Source: Takakia lepidozioides
Taxonomy: Eukaryota; Plantae; Bryophyta
Assembly (NCBI GenBank): GCA_030704615.1
Contig: CM060731.1
Location: forward strand, 7,378,001-7,442,000
Reading direction: 5' to 3'
DNA: 64,000 nucleotides
In this document: positions 38,201 through 49,946 of the stretch, piece by piece
How the letters are laid out: each line of letters begins with the position of its first letter
Numbering within the stretch: position 1 is the stretch's first letter
Notes under the pieces: generated by a model
The model's database searches: none
The model's input: only the letters and a program-made list of their open reading frames with translations
Told to the model about the DNA's origin: nothing
Program-made: the position numbers and the translations under genes

Positions 38201-40310
38201 GCCAAAGTCGGCAAAGGAATCTGCTGCTCTGGAAGAATCCAGAAAGGCAGCTGAGATGGCACAAAAGACGGTGGATGCAGCTGTGCAGGCCCAACAGAAG
38301 GGGTCGAAGAAGAGGACTCGCCAGCAAGGTAGCTGTTGTGACACCCGCCAAAACGAAGAAGCAGAAACAGCCTGTTCAGAAGAGGGTGAGGAAGAGGACT
38401 CCGATGGAGACTTTGCAACCAGCCCACCCCCCCAAACGCAGGTTGCCTCCCCTGTGCCCACCGTTGTCACGAGAGGCACGAGAACTGGCTCGGCAAAAGA
38501 AGGCACTCTTCAACCCCCCAGGGGGGCACCCTTTCGAGCCGGGGTGGAAATGAAGAGCCAAAGTGGCTCCCGAAACAGTAGTGCAGTGTGTAAATGAGAG
38601 TTTCTTGGCGGCTTTGGATGGACGGGCAGCCAAGTTGACATACATGAAGACCATGGAGGGTCTGAAGGGCAGAGCACTGAAGAAGGCGACTGCCGAAGAG
38701 CCTTCCGACACCCCAGGATTTCAGAATATGGTCTCGTTCTTTGAGAGGGTGTGTGCAGACAAGGATTGTAGAGGGGCGGAAATGCCACCGAGTGGTCTTG
38801 CGATATGATCATCTTGGATATTCCGGACGGAGAGCCTGTGGAAGGACTGCAAGCTTTGCCATCTTGGAACAGGTACTCGGAGGACTTTTGGAGAAAGGAT
38901 TCGGGCTTGCCCGCATGGTGTTGGACGACAGAGGCTGTGTGGTTGTCCTGGCGAGCAGAGGAAAAAAAACATTCAGACAGGAATTGCGAAGTGGACCCCG
39001 CAAGAGCGCCGTCCCGATTCTGAAAAAGAAGTGGACGTGCATCAACACACTGGGCCTTCGGTCAGAAGGGAAGAAGGTGATTACGACACTGGCACTCGTC
39101 CATTCATTTGCTTGGGTGTTTTCAAATGCGGTGCCGCATTCGGTTTCTAATCGTTCCCCCTGTGTATGCAGACAAAGCAGTTCGATGCATACTGCTTTGT
39201 GAAGGAGAACTCCACCTTTGCTTTCCGGAAGGAGGAGGAAAGGTTGACCCGAAACTGCGACCCCTCGATTACGACGTTCTGTTCAACAACGTTCCCAAGG
39301 AACTTCTCCCTCATAGCCTCACTTCAACGGAACCCCTGCGGTACTCACGGACTCGGAGCCCTGCCTTCATTCAGACAATTATGGAGACATGCACAGACGT
39401 GGAGGGCACAGTGCTCGACCTCATCTGTGGGACAGGTATGCAAAATCTTGATCTATGCTGTTCTGCAAATTCTCGTTAGGATGTAGTTCGCAACATCTGA
39501 AGCGCCATGTGGTAATGTGTGGATGGCATTGTAACAGGTGCCTCAATGTGGGCTGGGCGGTTTTCCGACCGGCACTCTTTGCCTACGAGGAGGATTCATC
39601 CGTGTGGGGATCCCATCTGGAAGGCTGCAACGGAATGTTAAGGCTCCCGAAAGAGCGGAAGTCTCCTCGGATTCGTCGGAGTCCGAGGAAGACACAGTGG
39701 ACATTGATGCGGAGGAGAACCCGGAATACGAGTGAGTGCAAACATTGTAAGTTTGCAAAGCTTCTGGGTCATTTTTGTCAAACGAATTTCCCGACTGTGG
39801 TTCTCATTAGTCTCGTTGATGATTGTCATGTGCAGGATTGCAGGGTCCGGGTCGAAACATGTAGGGCCTACACTTCCTGCCAGGAAGAATGTCCCGTTCT
39901 TTGCGAGGGGCCGACTTCATGACGAGCCCGGTGAGGGACTACTCCCTTCCTAGTTATGCAGCTAAACTCGCAAATACAGCGATTAGAAGAAGTGAGAATC
40001 CCAGTAAAGTAGAGCAGATTTTGGAGAGGGCTAGGGAGGACAGAAGGATAAGGAAAGAGTTGGCAGCAGCTCAGACAGGTAGACGGGTACAAAAGTACAT
40101 ATGTGATTCAGCGGATGAGAGCGACGCAGACAGGAAGGGAGGAAGACGACCCAACGGAGCTGAGATGGACAGTTCCGCAAGGGGAAGATGGGATTTTCGA
40201 AAGCCTGGCCAACGAGCAGTCCGCTGGAGATGAGAAAGGCACTGAGGGGGTGGAGGCGGAGCAGGACAGTCTAGAACAGGATGAGGATTCGGATGATTTT
40301 CAGATTAATA
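35201..40310 (+). CDS. Multi-exon MULE cargo gene: disordered N-terminus, ParB/Srx-like domain (~36190-36630), beta-class N4C/N6A methyltransferase-like domain (~38790-39620), acidic tail; many 1-bp indels in this copy
   Basis: 'RIPLCRM..VRQAL..DVDKLK..F..GY..FFVWDGNHRLLAW..VECVIL'; later 'CDMIILDIPDG' and 'RSPAFIQTIMETCTDVEGTVLDLICGTG|ASMWAGRFSDRHLFAYEED'. GT-AG introns e.g. ~36628-36739, ~39436-39537, ~39732-39835. Exon structure only partly resolved. Confidence 0.7.
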
Positions 40311-40443
40311 GAATTTTAATGAAGTCTCTGTAAATGTAAATTCTCTTCCAGAGTATATAAAGGAAATTCTGCCAGACATTCGTGACCCCTCTCCAGTGTG
40401 CATTCCAGCCACACAATCGCTCAAACCACGACGCTCCCAAAAT

Positions 40444-41135
40444 CAGAAATGGGCACCGCATTTCCAAAATTTTGGCAACTCTAAGAACCTCTTTTGGAAA
40501 TGCGGCACCGCATTTCCAAAACAGGGGAGGGACTAAATTTTCCATTTCAATGTTGGCATAGTAAAAAGTAATCGGCCGATTGGAAATGCGGTGCCGCATT
40601 TCCAAAATTTCCTTTGTCCACACGCCAGTTTTGGCCTCTCCTGCTCATTGCATGGATGCCACCACGCTTACAGAGGTCGAACAAGGAGGTCGAGATGGCG
40701 GAATTGAAAATGCGGTGCCGCATTTCCATATTGGGGATGGTCGTTGTTCGAACTGCAGGCCCATCAGCAAAAATTGGCACCGCATTCCATTGTAAAAAAA
40801 AAGTTGATGACGGACATGGAAATGCGGCGCCGCATTTCCAGAACGGACATTGCAATTTGTCCATTTGCAGACCCTCTCACGGAAATGCGGTAACGCATTC
40901 CATCGCGCTGGTCGGAAATGTCACACTTTTCGAAGTGTTGGACGGAAATGCGGCACCGCATTCCCTTGTCCAAAAAGAAGTTTCCATTGCCAAGCTGGAA
41001 ATGCATCGCCGCATTTGCAATGCCAACCTCATTGTCTGTCCAATTTATAGACCCGTGTTGGTATTTCGTGTACCTGGACGGAAATGATGCACCGCATTTC
41101 GATGCCGACATGGAAATGCGGTGCCGCATTTCAAT
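40444..41135. repeat. Second, irregularly spaced cluster of the GGAAATGCGG..CCGCATTTCC palindrome
   Basis: More than ten copies between the 3' ends of the ParB-MTase gene and orphan A1. Confidence 0.95.
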
Positions 41136-41389
41136 GTCCGACATGGCGTTACTCTGGTATATTCTTGACACATGACTCACATACCGGTTACTCTGCTATA
41201 TTCATCCGGACAGACACATTGTAGAAATGAGACATCAAATTGTAAACAGTGGGCCAATTCCGACAGTTATTCAACACAATGAAACACAATCATACAGAAG
41301 TGAGGTACGATGGGTTTATTGATCGGACACGATGTTTCACATTTACCAACTACAGACAAAACTAAGCCCTTCCTCCTTCTATATGGGCT

Positions 41390-41968
41390 TCACCAAGTCG
41401 ACGGAACTTTGATACCCCTCAAAACAAGCTCATCACTGCTGCGGCACCTCGAGGTAAACTGCAATTCGGTCGTTCTGCTGCCCTTGCTGGAGCCGACGAC
41501 AATGTCATGTCCATCAATGATACTACCATCATACATTGACAAGGTCACTGTGGGCCTCATGTGCCCGTGCGATTTGTCTTCGCAACTCAGCCGAATGTCT
41601 CCATACACTGGAAGAGCGGAGTGATCTGCACGTATATAGTTTTCCCCGGTGCCGTCCTCCCTGGTCCACTGGCAGTAGTTCCAGCGCCAAAGCGAGGCCG
41701 TGCGTGATCTGTCCGGCATCCCTTTCCAGCTTGGTATATCGAGGTCAACAATTTTCAGGACCCATGAACCGCATTGACCCTCGCCCTCACCTCGCTCAAA
41801 GCGGTAATAGCCCTCCAGATACTCCATTGCGCGCAAAGACTCTTGCTTGATTCCAGCAGCGTTTGTGAAAACAGAGAGCCAGACAATGATGTCTCCTGAT
41901 TCTTGTTTGAACATAGCATAATCGTGGCCATGATAAGGGCAGTCGGCTGGATTTCGGCGGCACGGCAT
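41390..41968 (-). CDS. Orphan MULE cargo protein A1 (192 aa), paralog of A2
   Basis: Uninterrupted ORF from MPCRRNPADCP; aligns end to end by eye with A2 (DYAM, SGDI, RWN.C.WT, YGDIR, ELVLR..VP). Confidence 0.75.
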   Translation of the reverse strand: MPCRRNPADCPYHGHDYAMFKQESGDIIVWLSVFTNAAGIKQESLRAMEYLEGYYRFERGEGEGQCGSWVLKIVDLDIPSWKGMPDRSRTASLWRWNYCQWTREDGTGENYIRADHSALPVYGDIRLSCEDKSHGHMRPTVTLSMYDGSIIDGHDIVVGSSKGSRTTELQFTSRCRSSDELVLRGIKVPSTW

Positions 41969-42137
41969 CCTTGAAAAAGAGTAGCGGAGTACGCTCAATG
42001 ACAGCAGCTCCCGGATGGAGGAGGAGCAGCGCGGTGGCTGGAAAAAGTTCAAGCTAACGCTGCAATTCCTCACAAACACTCCAGGGCACATTTAAATTCC
42101 CCCCCTACAGGATCCTGGACCGATGAAGATTGGCTGC

Positions 42138-44474
42138 GATGATAGGGCAGGATGAGGCATTGTCATTGACTGCGCAGGCAGGGAATACTGCTCATGAGGT
42201 TGCGACAGAGCAACCACGGGACGCGTCTCCTACCTCTAAGTCTACTGGACTTACGGTTGCAGTTACGGAGGACAATTGGGAGCCTGACATTGAACCCATT
42301 GTCATTGGAGGAGAGAGACGACGTATACGGCGGTTCCTGAGGGCTTATAGGAATTGCTTTGCCTTCAGTTTGAAGGATTTGGGAGCAGTGAAGGGTCAAG
42401 AGATTTGTATTGAGTTGGCCACGGACACGCCAATCTTTCGGAGACCCAATAGATACAGTGGAGAGGTCTTTGATTCAGATGAGGACTCAAGATCTCTGGG
42501 AGGCTGGTTTGGTGGAGCTCTCAGGTTGAGCTCTCTGGTGGAGAGTATGCTTCAGCCACGGTGATGCAGCCCAAGAAGGATGTCTCTGGCAATTGGACGG
42601 AGAGACGTATGTGCGGTGATTACCGGCCTGTAAATCGTCAGACCAAGTCCGATAAGTATGCCATGCCCACACCGGATGAGATCTTTGATGCCATTAGGCA
42701 TGCCAAGGTCTCTAGCACTCTGGACTTGCGGTCCGGATATCACCAGTTGCCGATCAAGGAGGCAGACAAGCAGAAGACGACATTCTGGGGGATCAATGAG
42801 CACGGGAAGGATTGCCTATATCAGTGGCGGTTCTTACCATTCGGGCTTAAGAACGCTCCTGCAGAGTTCCAGAGAGTCATGGACAAGATCCTAGCAGGGG
42901 TGGACTTTGCTCGGTGCTACATAGATGACATCATCATCTTTAGTGCTACGGTGGAGGAGCACGAGAGACACCTTCAGGTGGTGTTTGAGTGCTTGAGAGC
43001 GCACGGATTGAAATTACATCCAGGGAAGTGCAAGTTCTTCCACAACCAGATTGAGTATCTGGGCCACATGATATATCATGGAGGATTGGGGGGTGCAGCA
43101 GACTAAGGTAGAGGCCATCGCACAGATTCCACGCCCCACGGATGTGAGCCGAGTTCGAGCTTTCATGGGGTTGGCAAACTACTATAGACGGTTTGTCAAG
43201 GGATTTAGTGCTATTGCAAAGGCTCTAACCAAGCTGACCAAGGTAGACCAGGAGTGGCAGTGGGAAGATGAGCAAAAACGAGCTTTTCATGAGCTCAAGG
43301 CGAGGTTGACCTCGGCGCCCATCTTGAGACGACATATCAGGGGGCGTCCCTTTCAGCTGCATACAGATTAGAGCATGTTGGGGCTTGGAGCGGTGCTCAC
43401 ACAAGTGGATGATGAGGGAAGAGAGTTCGTAGTGGCTTATGCTAGCCGCTCAAACAGAGTCTAATTATAGTTCATATGAGGGGGAGTGCTTAGCTGCAGT
43501 GTGGGCCATGACACACTTCAGGTGCTATCTATATGGCAATCTCTTCACTCTTGTCACGAATCACCAGCCACTCAAGTGGTTGATGGAGTCAGACAAGCTT
43601 ACGGGGCAGCTTGCACGGTGGGCACTTATACTCCAGGAGTATGACTTTCAGGTTGTGCATTGACCGGGTTTGGTCAATAGGGATGCGGATGGATTGAGTC
43701 GCAATCCATGCACGAGTTAGCAGGATGACACTGGAGCTCGGTGGCATGGTGAGACGGACGAGGAGATGGTGCCGGGATGGCATGCATCTGCCTTTTTGTG
43801 TATCTTGGCATCGGGAGGTCAGGTTGGACCTACAACAGGGATGACTGTAGACGGAGTGTCTGCGGACCTTGAGGCTAGTGATGAGCCAGATGGTGCTAGA
43901 GATATACATGAGGATTCGGTTGTGTTGGACTACCTCCGCACTGGAGACACGGCAGCTAGTGTGACTGCCAAAGAGAGGGATCAGATCCTGCAATGAGCCA
44001 AGAGGTTCAAGTGGGAGGGGATACATCTGCTTCGAGTGTGAGAGGATAGTCGGGTGAGGATCGTGCCTCACCCAACACAGCGTGCACGGTTAGTGCGGCA
44101 TGCCCATGAGGAGTTGGGGCATTTTGGAGTGCGACGCACTCATAGTCTACTGCAGGGGCAGTATTGGTGGCGTGGTATGCACACAGAGGTGCAACAGTTT
44201 GTGGCTAGGTGCATGGTGTGTGACAGGGTGCATGCTTCATTCAACGCCTCTATACCACAGTTGCATCATTTACCCATCATGGGATTGGGCTACAGGTGGA
44301 GTCTTGACTTCGCAGGGCCGTTACCACTGATGATGCGTCACCACAAATATGTATTGGTGATGGTGGAGCACTTCTCCAAGTGGATTGAGTTGGTTCCATT
44401 GCCTGACAAGGCTAGTGAGGGGGCTGCGTATGCATTCCTGGATCGTGTGCTTAGCCGATTCGGTGCTCCAGCTG
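42138..44474 (+). pseudogene. pol: Ty3/gypsy element 'G2' pol: RT, RNase H, integrase N-half; multiple premature stops
   Basis: RMCGDYRPVN, LDLRSGYHQ, PFGLKNAPAEFQ, YIDDII; RNase H 'LHTD*S..YEGECLAAVWA'; integrase HHCC 'HEELGHFG..CMVC' and 'SLDFAGPLP'. Ends at FGAPA, joined to a MULE terminus. Confidence 0.93.
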
Positions 44475-44934
44475 GGGGGCTGCTATTTCATGAGCCATGA
44501 GCCATGAGCGGCATGAGCCATGAGCAGAGTCGTAAGTGTGGAAAAAAACATGAGCAGCACTATTTTCCGGAAATGAGTGTCCGCGGGAATAGGGTTTAGG
44601 GTGCCACGGTCATAGGGGAGAAGGACCTCCCGATGAAGGAGGTTCGGCAATGTTATTTAGAATTATATTGAAAGGCAATGTTTCGCGAATGGTAGGGTGG
44701 TACTGCTCTGTACAATGGGGGCCCATTTCAGCCTACCAGCCACTTGCAAAATCCACCCACACTCCCAATCCCAAACGAAATGAGCAATGACGCATTCTCG
44801 GAACGATGGACACAGAATAGAATAAAAAGAGGGCACAATGAGGTTTATATTGATCCACATGAATTGCATTTGAAGCACGTCTACTGTGCTGATTGTGCAA
44901 TCAAATCTTTAGCCCTGTGCCTACTTAATACAAG

Positions 44935-45498
44935 TCATGTTGTCAATGGGACTTCGACTGCTCTCAGAACTAGCTCATGAGTCATGGGGCTCCTCCATGT
45001 AAAGTCGATTGCAGCCGTTGTACCGCCCCTAGTGATGTTCACCACAATGTCCTGCCCTTCAATCATACCACCATCGAATATGGAAATCTTCACGTTTTCG
45101 TCGTCCACACCAATGCGAATGTCCCCATACAATGGAGAAGAGGAGCGCACTCCTTGAGGAGAATAGGTCTCTCCGATGGAGTCCCCACGTCCAGTGGCAG
45201 CAGCAGTTCCACCGCAACAGCATAGCAGTGCGCCTTCTTCTGCATGGGTGACCGTCGTAGCTGGGAAAATCGGAATCGAGGATGCGCAGGAGCCACGGAC
45301 TCCTCAGACCAAGATCGTCACCCGCTCGAAGGCGTAGTGGCCTAGGATATACTCAAAAGCCACCAATGTTTCCACAATCGAACCAGTATCTTCTCTGTAA
45401 TCTGTGTACCAGATAACAATGTCTCCCGATGTGGCCGAATACATTGCATAATCGATGCCTCCAAATGGGCAATCGTCCCGGTTCCGGAAGCACGGCAT
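44935..45498 (-). pseudogene. Orphan A2, frameshifted copy
   Basis: Same sequence as 49383..49946 with small indels near 45185-45200 and 45320. Confidence 0.7.
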
Positions 45499-45884
45499 CC
45501 TTGCAAAGGAGGACCTGAGGACGACTTGGATGCAGATGACAATGACCTTGCGGACAGCTACGAAGCCCTTAGATTTTGGAAATGATGCGAAGCGGAAGAG
45601 CAGTCCGGCCTCCAATAATGGAGCATTTGGGTCCCACGTACCCACCGACGGAGGTGGAACGTGTTCATCACGCCGGCGGTGGATGAACCCATACATCTTT
45701 CTCATCAACAAGTTATAGTTTGAGATCTGCCACCGAAGTCCATCCCCCGGATGGAAATTTGGCGCCGCATTTACATCGACGAGGGGATGGACTTCGTCGT
45801 GTCCAGTGGCTATCGGCCCACCTGGCAGTGAGTGCCCATAGTTTGCATGGCAGGGTAGGAAACTGAAATGACTACATTCATGAA

Positions 45885-47595
45885 CCTCATCCATCACAGC
45901 CGCCTTGCGTGCCAACTCCCTTTGAACCTCGAGCACATCCCACGTGTGCCATGGATGTCTACACCCCGTGGTCCTCACCGGCTCGCCCCCACTCGCTGCC
46001 TGTACCGTCTCGGTAGGCAGAGAGACCGTCAGGGGAAGTGCACTCCGCACTCTACGTTGCTCAGCCATAGCCAAGCTGATAATCCAGGTCAAGCAATTGA
46101 GATCCATTGCTTGCCCCAAAACCTGACGATGTGATGCCTCAGAAAGAGAAGGCACTGTCGTGATCCCAGTGGAAAAACCCATAGCTCGCTCTTGCTCATC
46201 GGCATGTTTCACTAACTGCTGCAACTGAGCATCCCACAGGAGGCCAGGTCCACTATCCCGGAAAGCATGCGATCCTGGGAAGTTGAACAGTGTAGGTAGT
46301 GCTGCTCGTGGTTGACCCACCTTGTTGACCATTGCCAAAGCCGAACGGTCATTGTGTCTTACATGCTGAGACTGCCTCCATGTGTCCAAAATGCTATCCA
46401 ATGTAAGGTGTGCTGGCCGCTGCACCCCATCAAATGCACGCTTGAGCAATGTGGGTGGCATCAAGTTAGTCCACCATAACCGTGGACGATGAGCCCGTGA
46501 CCCCACTGTAGCTGCATCCAGCAACACTGCTGACCCAAGCCATGACCGGACTTGATGCACACTGGCCATCACCCTGGCCCGAGAATCGCCCATCAATGGC
46601 ATATTCTCCAAGATATATGCTGGAGATACAACTTGATGAAGCTGTAAGTGACGCAAAACCCGCACCATCTCCCAAAACAGACCCGACTCGAGTCTCGCAA
46701 TCCATTGCCATGTCCGGCTGATGAATGCCCTTGGCAGGGCAACCTGCCACTACCAGATCAATGGAGCCAACCCGCTCCAAATCTTGCGCCCCCAGCAACG
46801 AAATGTCTGTTGGCAAGGCCTGCTGATATCCACGAATTGCAGACACCAGCAACAACTCAGGGTACTGCTACACCAACTGAGCAACATGGCGTAGGGAGAC
46901 ACGTCGTGTAGTCTCATCCCTCTCCACATACAGGTAACGCCGAACTCGTACTCCTGCCTGTAGAGCAGCAGCAAATCCGGTGCTGAACGCCAAACAAATC
47001 CAGAAGGCAAATGTCACACGATCGGTGTGGTGTCCAATGGTGACAACTGAGGTGGTCCTGGTGCAATCCCCGCACTGTCCTCCTCTCCTGACAATACAAA
47101 AGCCTCTACCCAGGCTTGTTGCACACGACAATCAATAATCCGCTGCAAATCCTTGCTCGAGCCCCACAATGGAGTGTGAGCAACCATGGCAGGCAACTCC
47201 GCCATACCATACATGTCATCCTGCTCTCCCAGAGGTGACACATCCTCTGAATGAGTGTTGCCATCCAACAACTCTCTAGGCCAAGTCACTGCAGCTGTGA
47301 ATGCTGCCAGTGTTGGCATCTTGTCTCGCTGGGCAACCGCAACTCCTCCTATGAACGTCACAGGGAGCTGCACATGCCGGCCTTCCCCTGACTGCCATGG
47401 GAGGAGTTTAGGGTTTAGGGTCTATCCAGGCCTATAGGAAGCTAACTCCTCCCAAAAATCTAGGGTGAAGCCCATGGGGTATAACACTGCCCCACCAACA
47501 AGGACATCGTACGAGACCGCGTCTGTCACAATGGCCTTGGCTCTCATCATTGAACCATCCGTAGGATGATCCAGCTATAGTCTGATAGCCAACTC
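45885..47595 (-). pseudogene. G2 pol segment: protease C-terminus followed by a C5 cytosine DNA methyltransferase (~46060-47020)
   Basis: Protease end 'VTDAVSYDVLVG'. DNMT motif I 'LDLFG', motif II 'YLYVERD', motif IV 'DLVVAG-PCQGHS' (1-bp frameshift), motif VI 'YILENM', motif VIII 'AHRPRLWWTN', motif IX 'ERAMGF', motif X 'LGQAMD'. Confidence 0.88.
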
Positions 47596-48918
47596 AACTC
47601 TGCCGCGTCTAAGTGTTCCACCCAGTCTGTTTGGTCTGCCGACACGTAATTCCGCAAGATCTGCTTCACTACGGAATTCACTCTTTCCGTTTGGCCGTCG
47701 GTCGTAGGTCGGAAGGCGGTGCTCATCTTCAGCCTCGTCCCCATCTTCTTCCAAAGTGCCCTCCAAAATTTACTCGTAAACTTTGGATCGCGGTCCGAGA
47801 CAATATCCTTCGGGACTCCATGATGCTTTAAGACGTGGGCGAAGTAAAGTCGCCCTGCTTCTTGTGCCGTTGTCGTCTCCTTGGTGGGGATGAAATGGCC
47901 CATTTTACTGAACCTATCCACCACCACCATGATTGCATCGAATCCTTTTGACAGCGGCATAGCAGTCATGAAATCCATTGAGACGCTTTCCCAAGTCCCA
48001 TCTGGAATCGGCAAGGGTTGTAACAGCCTCGCTTGCTTTTTGTACTCGCTCCGGTTTTGTTGGCATGTGGTGCATGTCTTGACATACTCCTCTGCCTCCT
48101 CCCTCAGTTTGGGCCAGAAATACTCTTTCTTCAAGAGTGCCGAAGTGCGCTTAGCTCCGCCGTGGCCCGCAAGCGGGCTATCATGGCATTCTCTCAAGAG
48201 GCTATCTCTGATCCCTCCCTTCGGCACGTAGAGACGCTTTTGCTTATACCGGAGCAGTCCATTTTGCAAGTGGAACTGCGATTTCACCCCCATCCTCAAG
48301 TCCTGCATCACGGACTTCGCCAGCTCATCCTTTTGGCAAGCCTTCCGGATCTTCCTTTGGAGCGCCGTCTCGCCCCTGTACACCAACAAAAGCTGTTGCT
48401 TTCTACTTAAGGCATCGGCCACCACGTTGTCCCGTCCCGGTTTGTACTGGATATCCACGTTGAACACCGCCAAAGTATCTTGCCACCTAAGTTGTTTTGG
48501 GGACCACTTGGGCTGCGTGGCAAAATACTTCACCGTGACATTGTCCGTGAACACCTTCACTGGGTTGGAACCAACATAGTGGTGCCAAAGCTCAAGACAG
48601 TGCACCACCGCCTTCATCTCTTTCTAGTGCATCGGCCACCGTCGCTCCACTTCATTCAGTTTCTTACTTTTGTAAGCCACTGGGCGTCCATCTTGCATCA
48701 GTACACCCCCAATCGCGAAGTCCGACGCATCTGTATGAATCTCGAACGGATGATCGAACTCCGGGATTTTCAAGACTGGAGCTTCCGGCATCCGCTGCTT
48801 CAATTCAGCAAAGGCTTGGCCACAAAAGGTGTTCCATGCCCAGACTTTGGATTTACACAGAAAGTCTGACAGTGGCCCCGCGATCTTGGCGAAATTTCTC
48901 ACATACTTCCGGTAGTAG
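47596..48918 (-). pseudogene. pol: G1 3' half: RT connection, RNase H, integrase (truncated)
   Basis: 'HTDASDFAIGGVLMQ', HHCC 'CHDSPLAGHGG..CTTCQ', 'SMDFMTAMP', 'IVSDRDPKFTSKFW', 'TDGQTERVN'. Confidence 0.93.
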
Positions 48919-49382
48919 GGGGGGGGCTGCTATTTCATGAGCCATGAGCCATGAGCGGCATGAGCCATGAGCAGAGTCGTAAGTGTGGAAAAAAACATGA
49001 GCAGCACTATTTTCCGGAAATGAGTGTCCGGGAATAGGGTTTAGGGTGCCACGGTCATAGGGGGAGAAGGACCTCCCGATGAAGGAGGTTCGGCAATGTT
49101 ATTTAGAATTATATATTGAAAGGCAATGTTTCGCGAATGGTAGGGTGGTACTGCTCTGTACAATGGGGGCCCATTTCAGCCTACCAGCCACTTGCAAAAT
49201 CCACCCACACTCCCAATCCCAAACGAAATGAGCAATGACGCATTCTCGGAACGATGGACACAGAATAGAATAAAAAGAGGGCACAATGAGGTTTATATTG
49301 ATCCACATGAAATTGCATTTGAAGCACGTCTACTGTGCTGATGTGCAATCAAATCTTTAGCCCTGTGCCTACTTAATACAAG

Positions 49383-49946
49383 TCATGTTGTCAATGGGAC
49401 TTCGACTGCTCTCAGAACTAGCTCATGAGTCATGGGGCTCCTCCATGTAAAGTCGATTGCAGCCGTTGTACCGCCCCTAGTGATGTTCACCACAATGTCC
49501 TGCCCTTCAATCATACCACCATCGAATATGGAAATCTTCACGTTTTCGTCGTCCACACCAATGCGAATGTCCCCATACAATGGAGAAGAGGAGCGCACTC
49601 CTTGAGGAGAATAGGTCTCTCCGATGGAGTCCACCCACGTCCAGTGGCAGCAGTTCCACCGCAACAGCATAGCAGTGCGCCTTCTTCTGCATGGGTGACC
49701 GTCGTAGCTGGGAAAATCGGAATCGAGGATGCGCAGGAGCCACGGACTCCTCAGACCAAGATCGTCACCCCGCTCGAAGGCGTAGTGGCCTAGGATATAC
49801 TCAAAAGCCACCAATGTTTCCACAATCGAACCAGTATCTTCTCTGTAATCTGTGTACCAGATAACAATGTCTCCCGATGTGGCCGAATACATTGCATAAT
49901 CGATGCCTCCAAATGGGCAATCGTCCCGGTTCCGGAAGCACGGCAT
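49383..49946 (-). CDS. Orphan MULE cargo protein A2 (187 aa)
   Basis: Uninterrupted ORF from MPCFRNRDDCP; start chosen by alignment with A1. Confidence 0.72.
   Translation of the reverse strand: MPCFRNRDDCPFGGIDYAMYSATSGDIVIWYTDYREDTGSIVETLVAFEYILGHYAFERGDDLGLRSPWLLRILDSDFPSYDGHPCRRRRTAMLLRWNCCHWTWVDSIGETYSPQGVRSSSPLYGDIRIGVDDENVKISIFDGGMIEGQDIVVNITRGGTTAAIDFTWRSPMTHELVLRAVEVPLTT

Larger units (their letters stand above)
28530..42137. mobile_element. Large Mutator-like (MULE) DNA transposon, copy 1 (left 13.6 kb of a ~15 kb element)
   Basis: Begins GAGGTTTACTATTTCATGAGC right after CCTCCTAC (28522-28529). The other terminus GGGGGCTGCTATTTCATGAGC (53364) is flanked by GTAGGAGG, the reverse complement of the same 8-mer, and by the continuation of the interrupted G1 reading frame (ASY|YRKYVRNFAKIA). 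Confidence 0.88.

Noticed and set aside
28530-42137. hAT or Zisupton/KDZ assignment based on the 8-bp TSD and SWIM finger
   Set aside because: Catalytic motifs (D..A...A...V..CxFH; TNxAESxH) and the GCM-like N-terminus fit the Mutator superfamily better; not confirmed by HMM.
45304-46668. 454-aa DNMT-A2 fusion protein
   Set aside because: It crosses a rearrangement junction (45884/45885). The frame is open only because this copy has 5 C at ~45744 where the other two copies have 6.
47407-47420. True telomere or interstitial telomeric array
   Set aside because: Only two TTTAGGG units, embedded in a retroelement; treated as repair filler.
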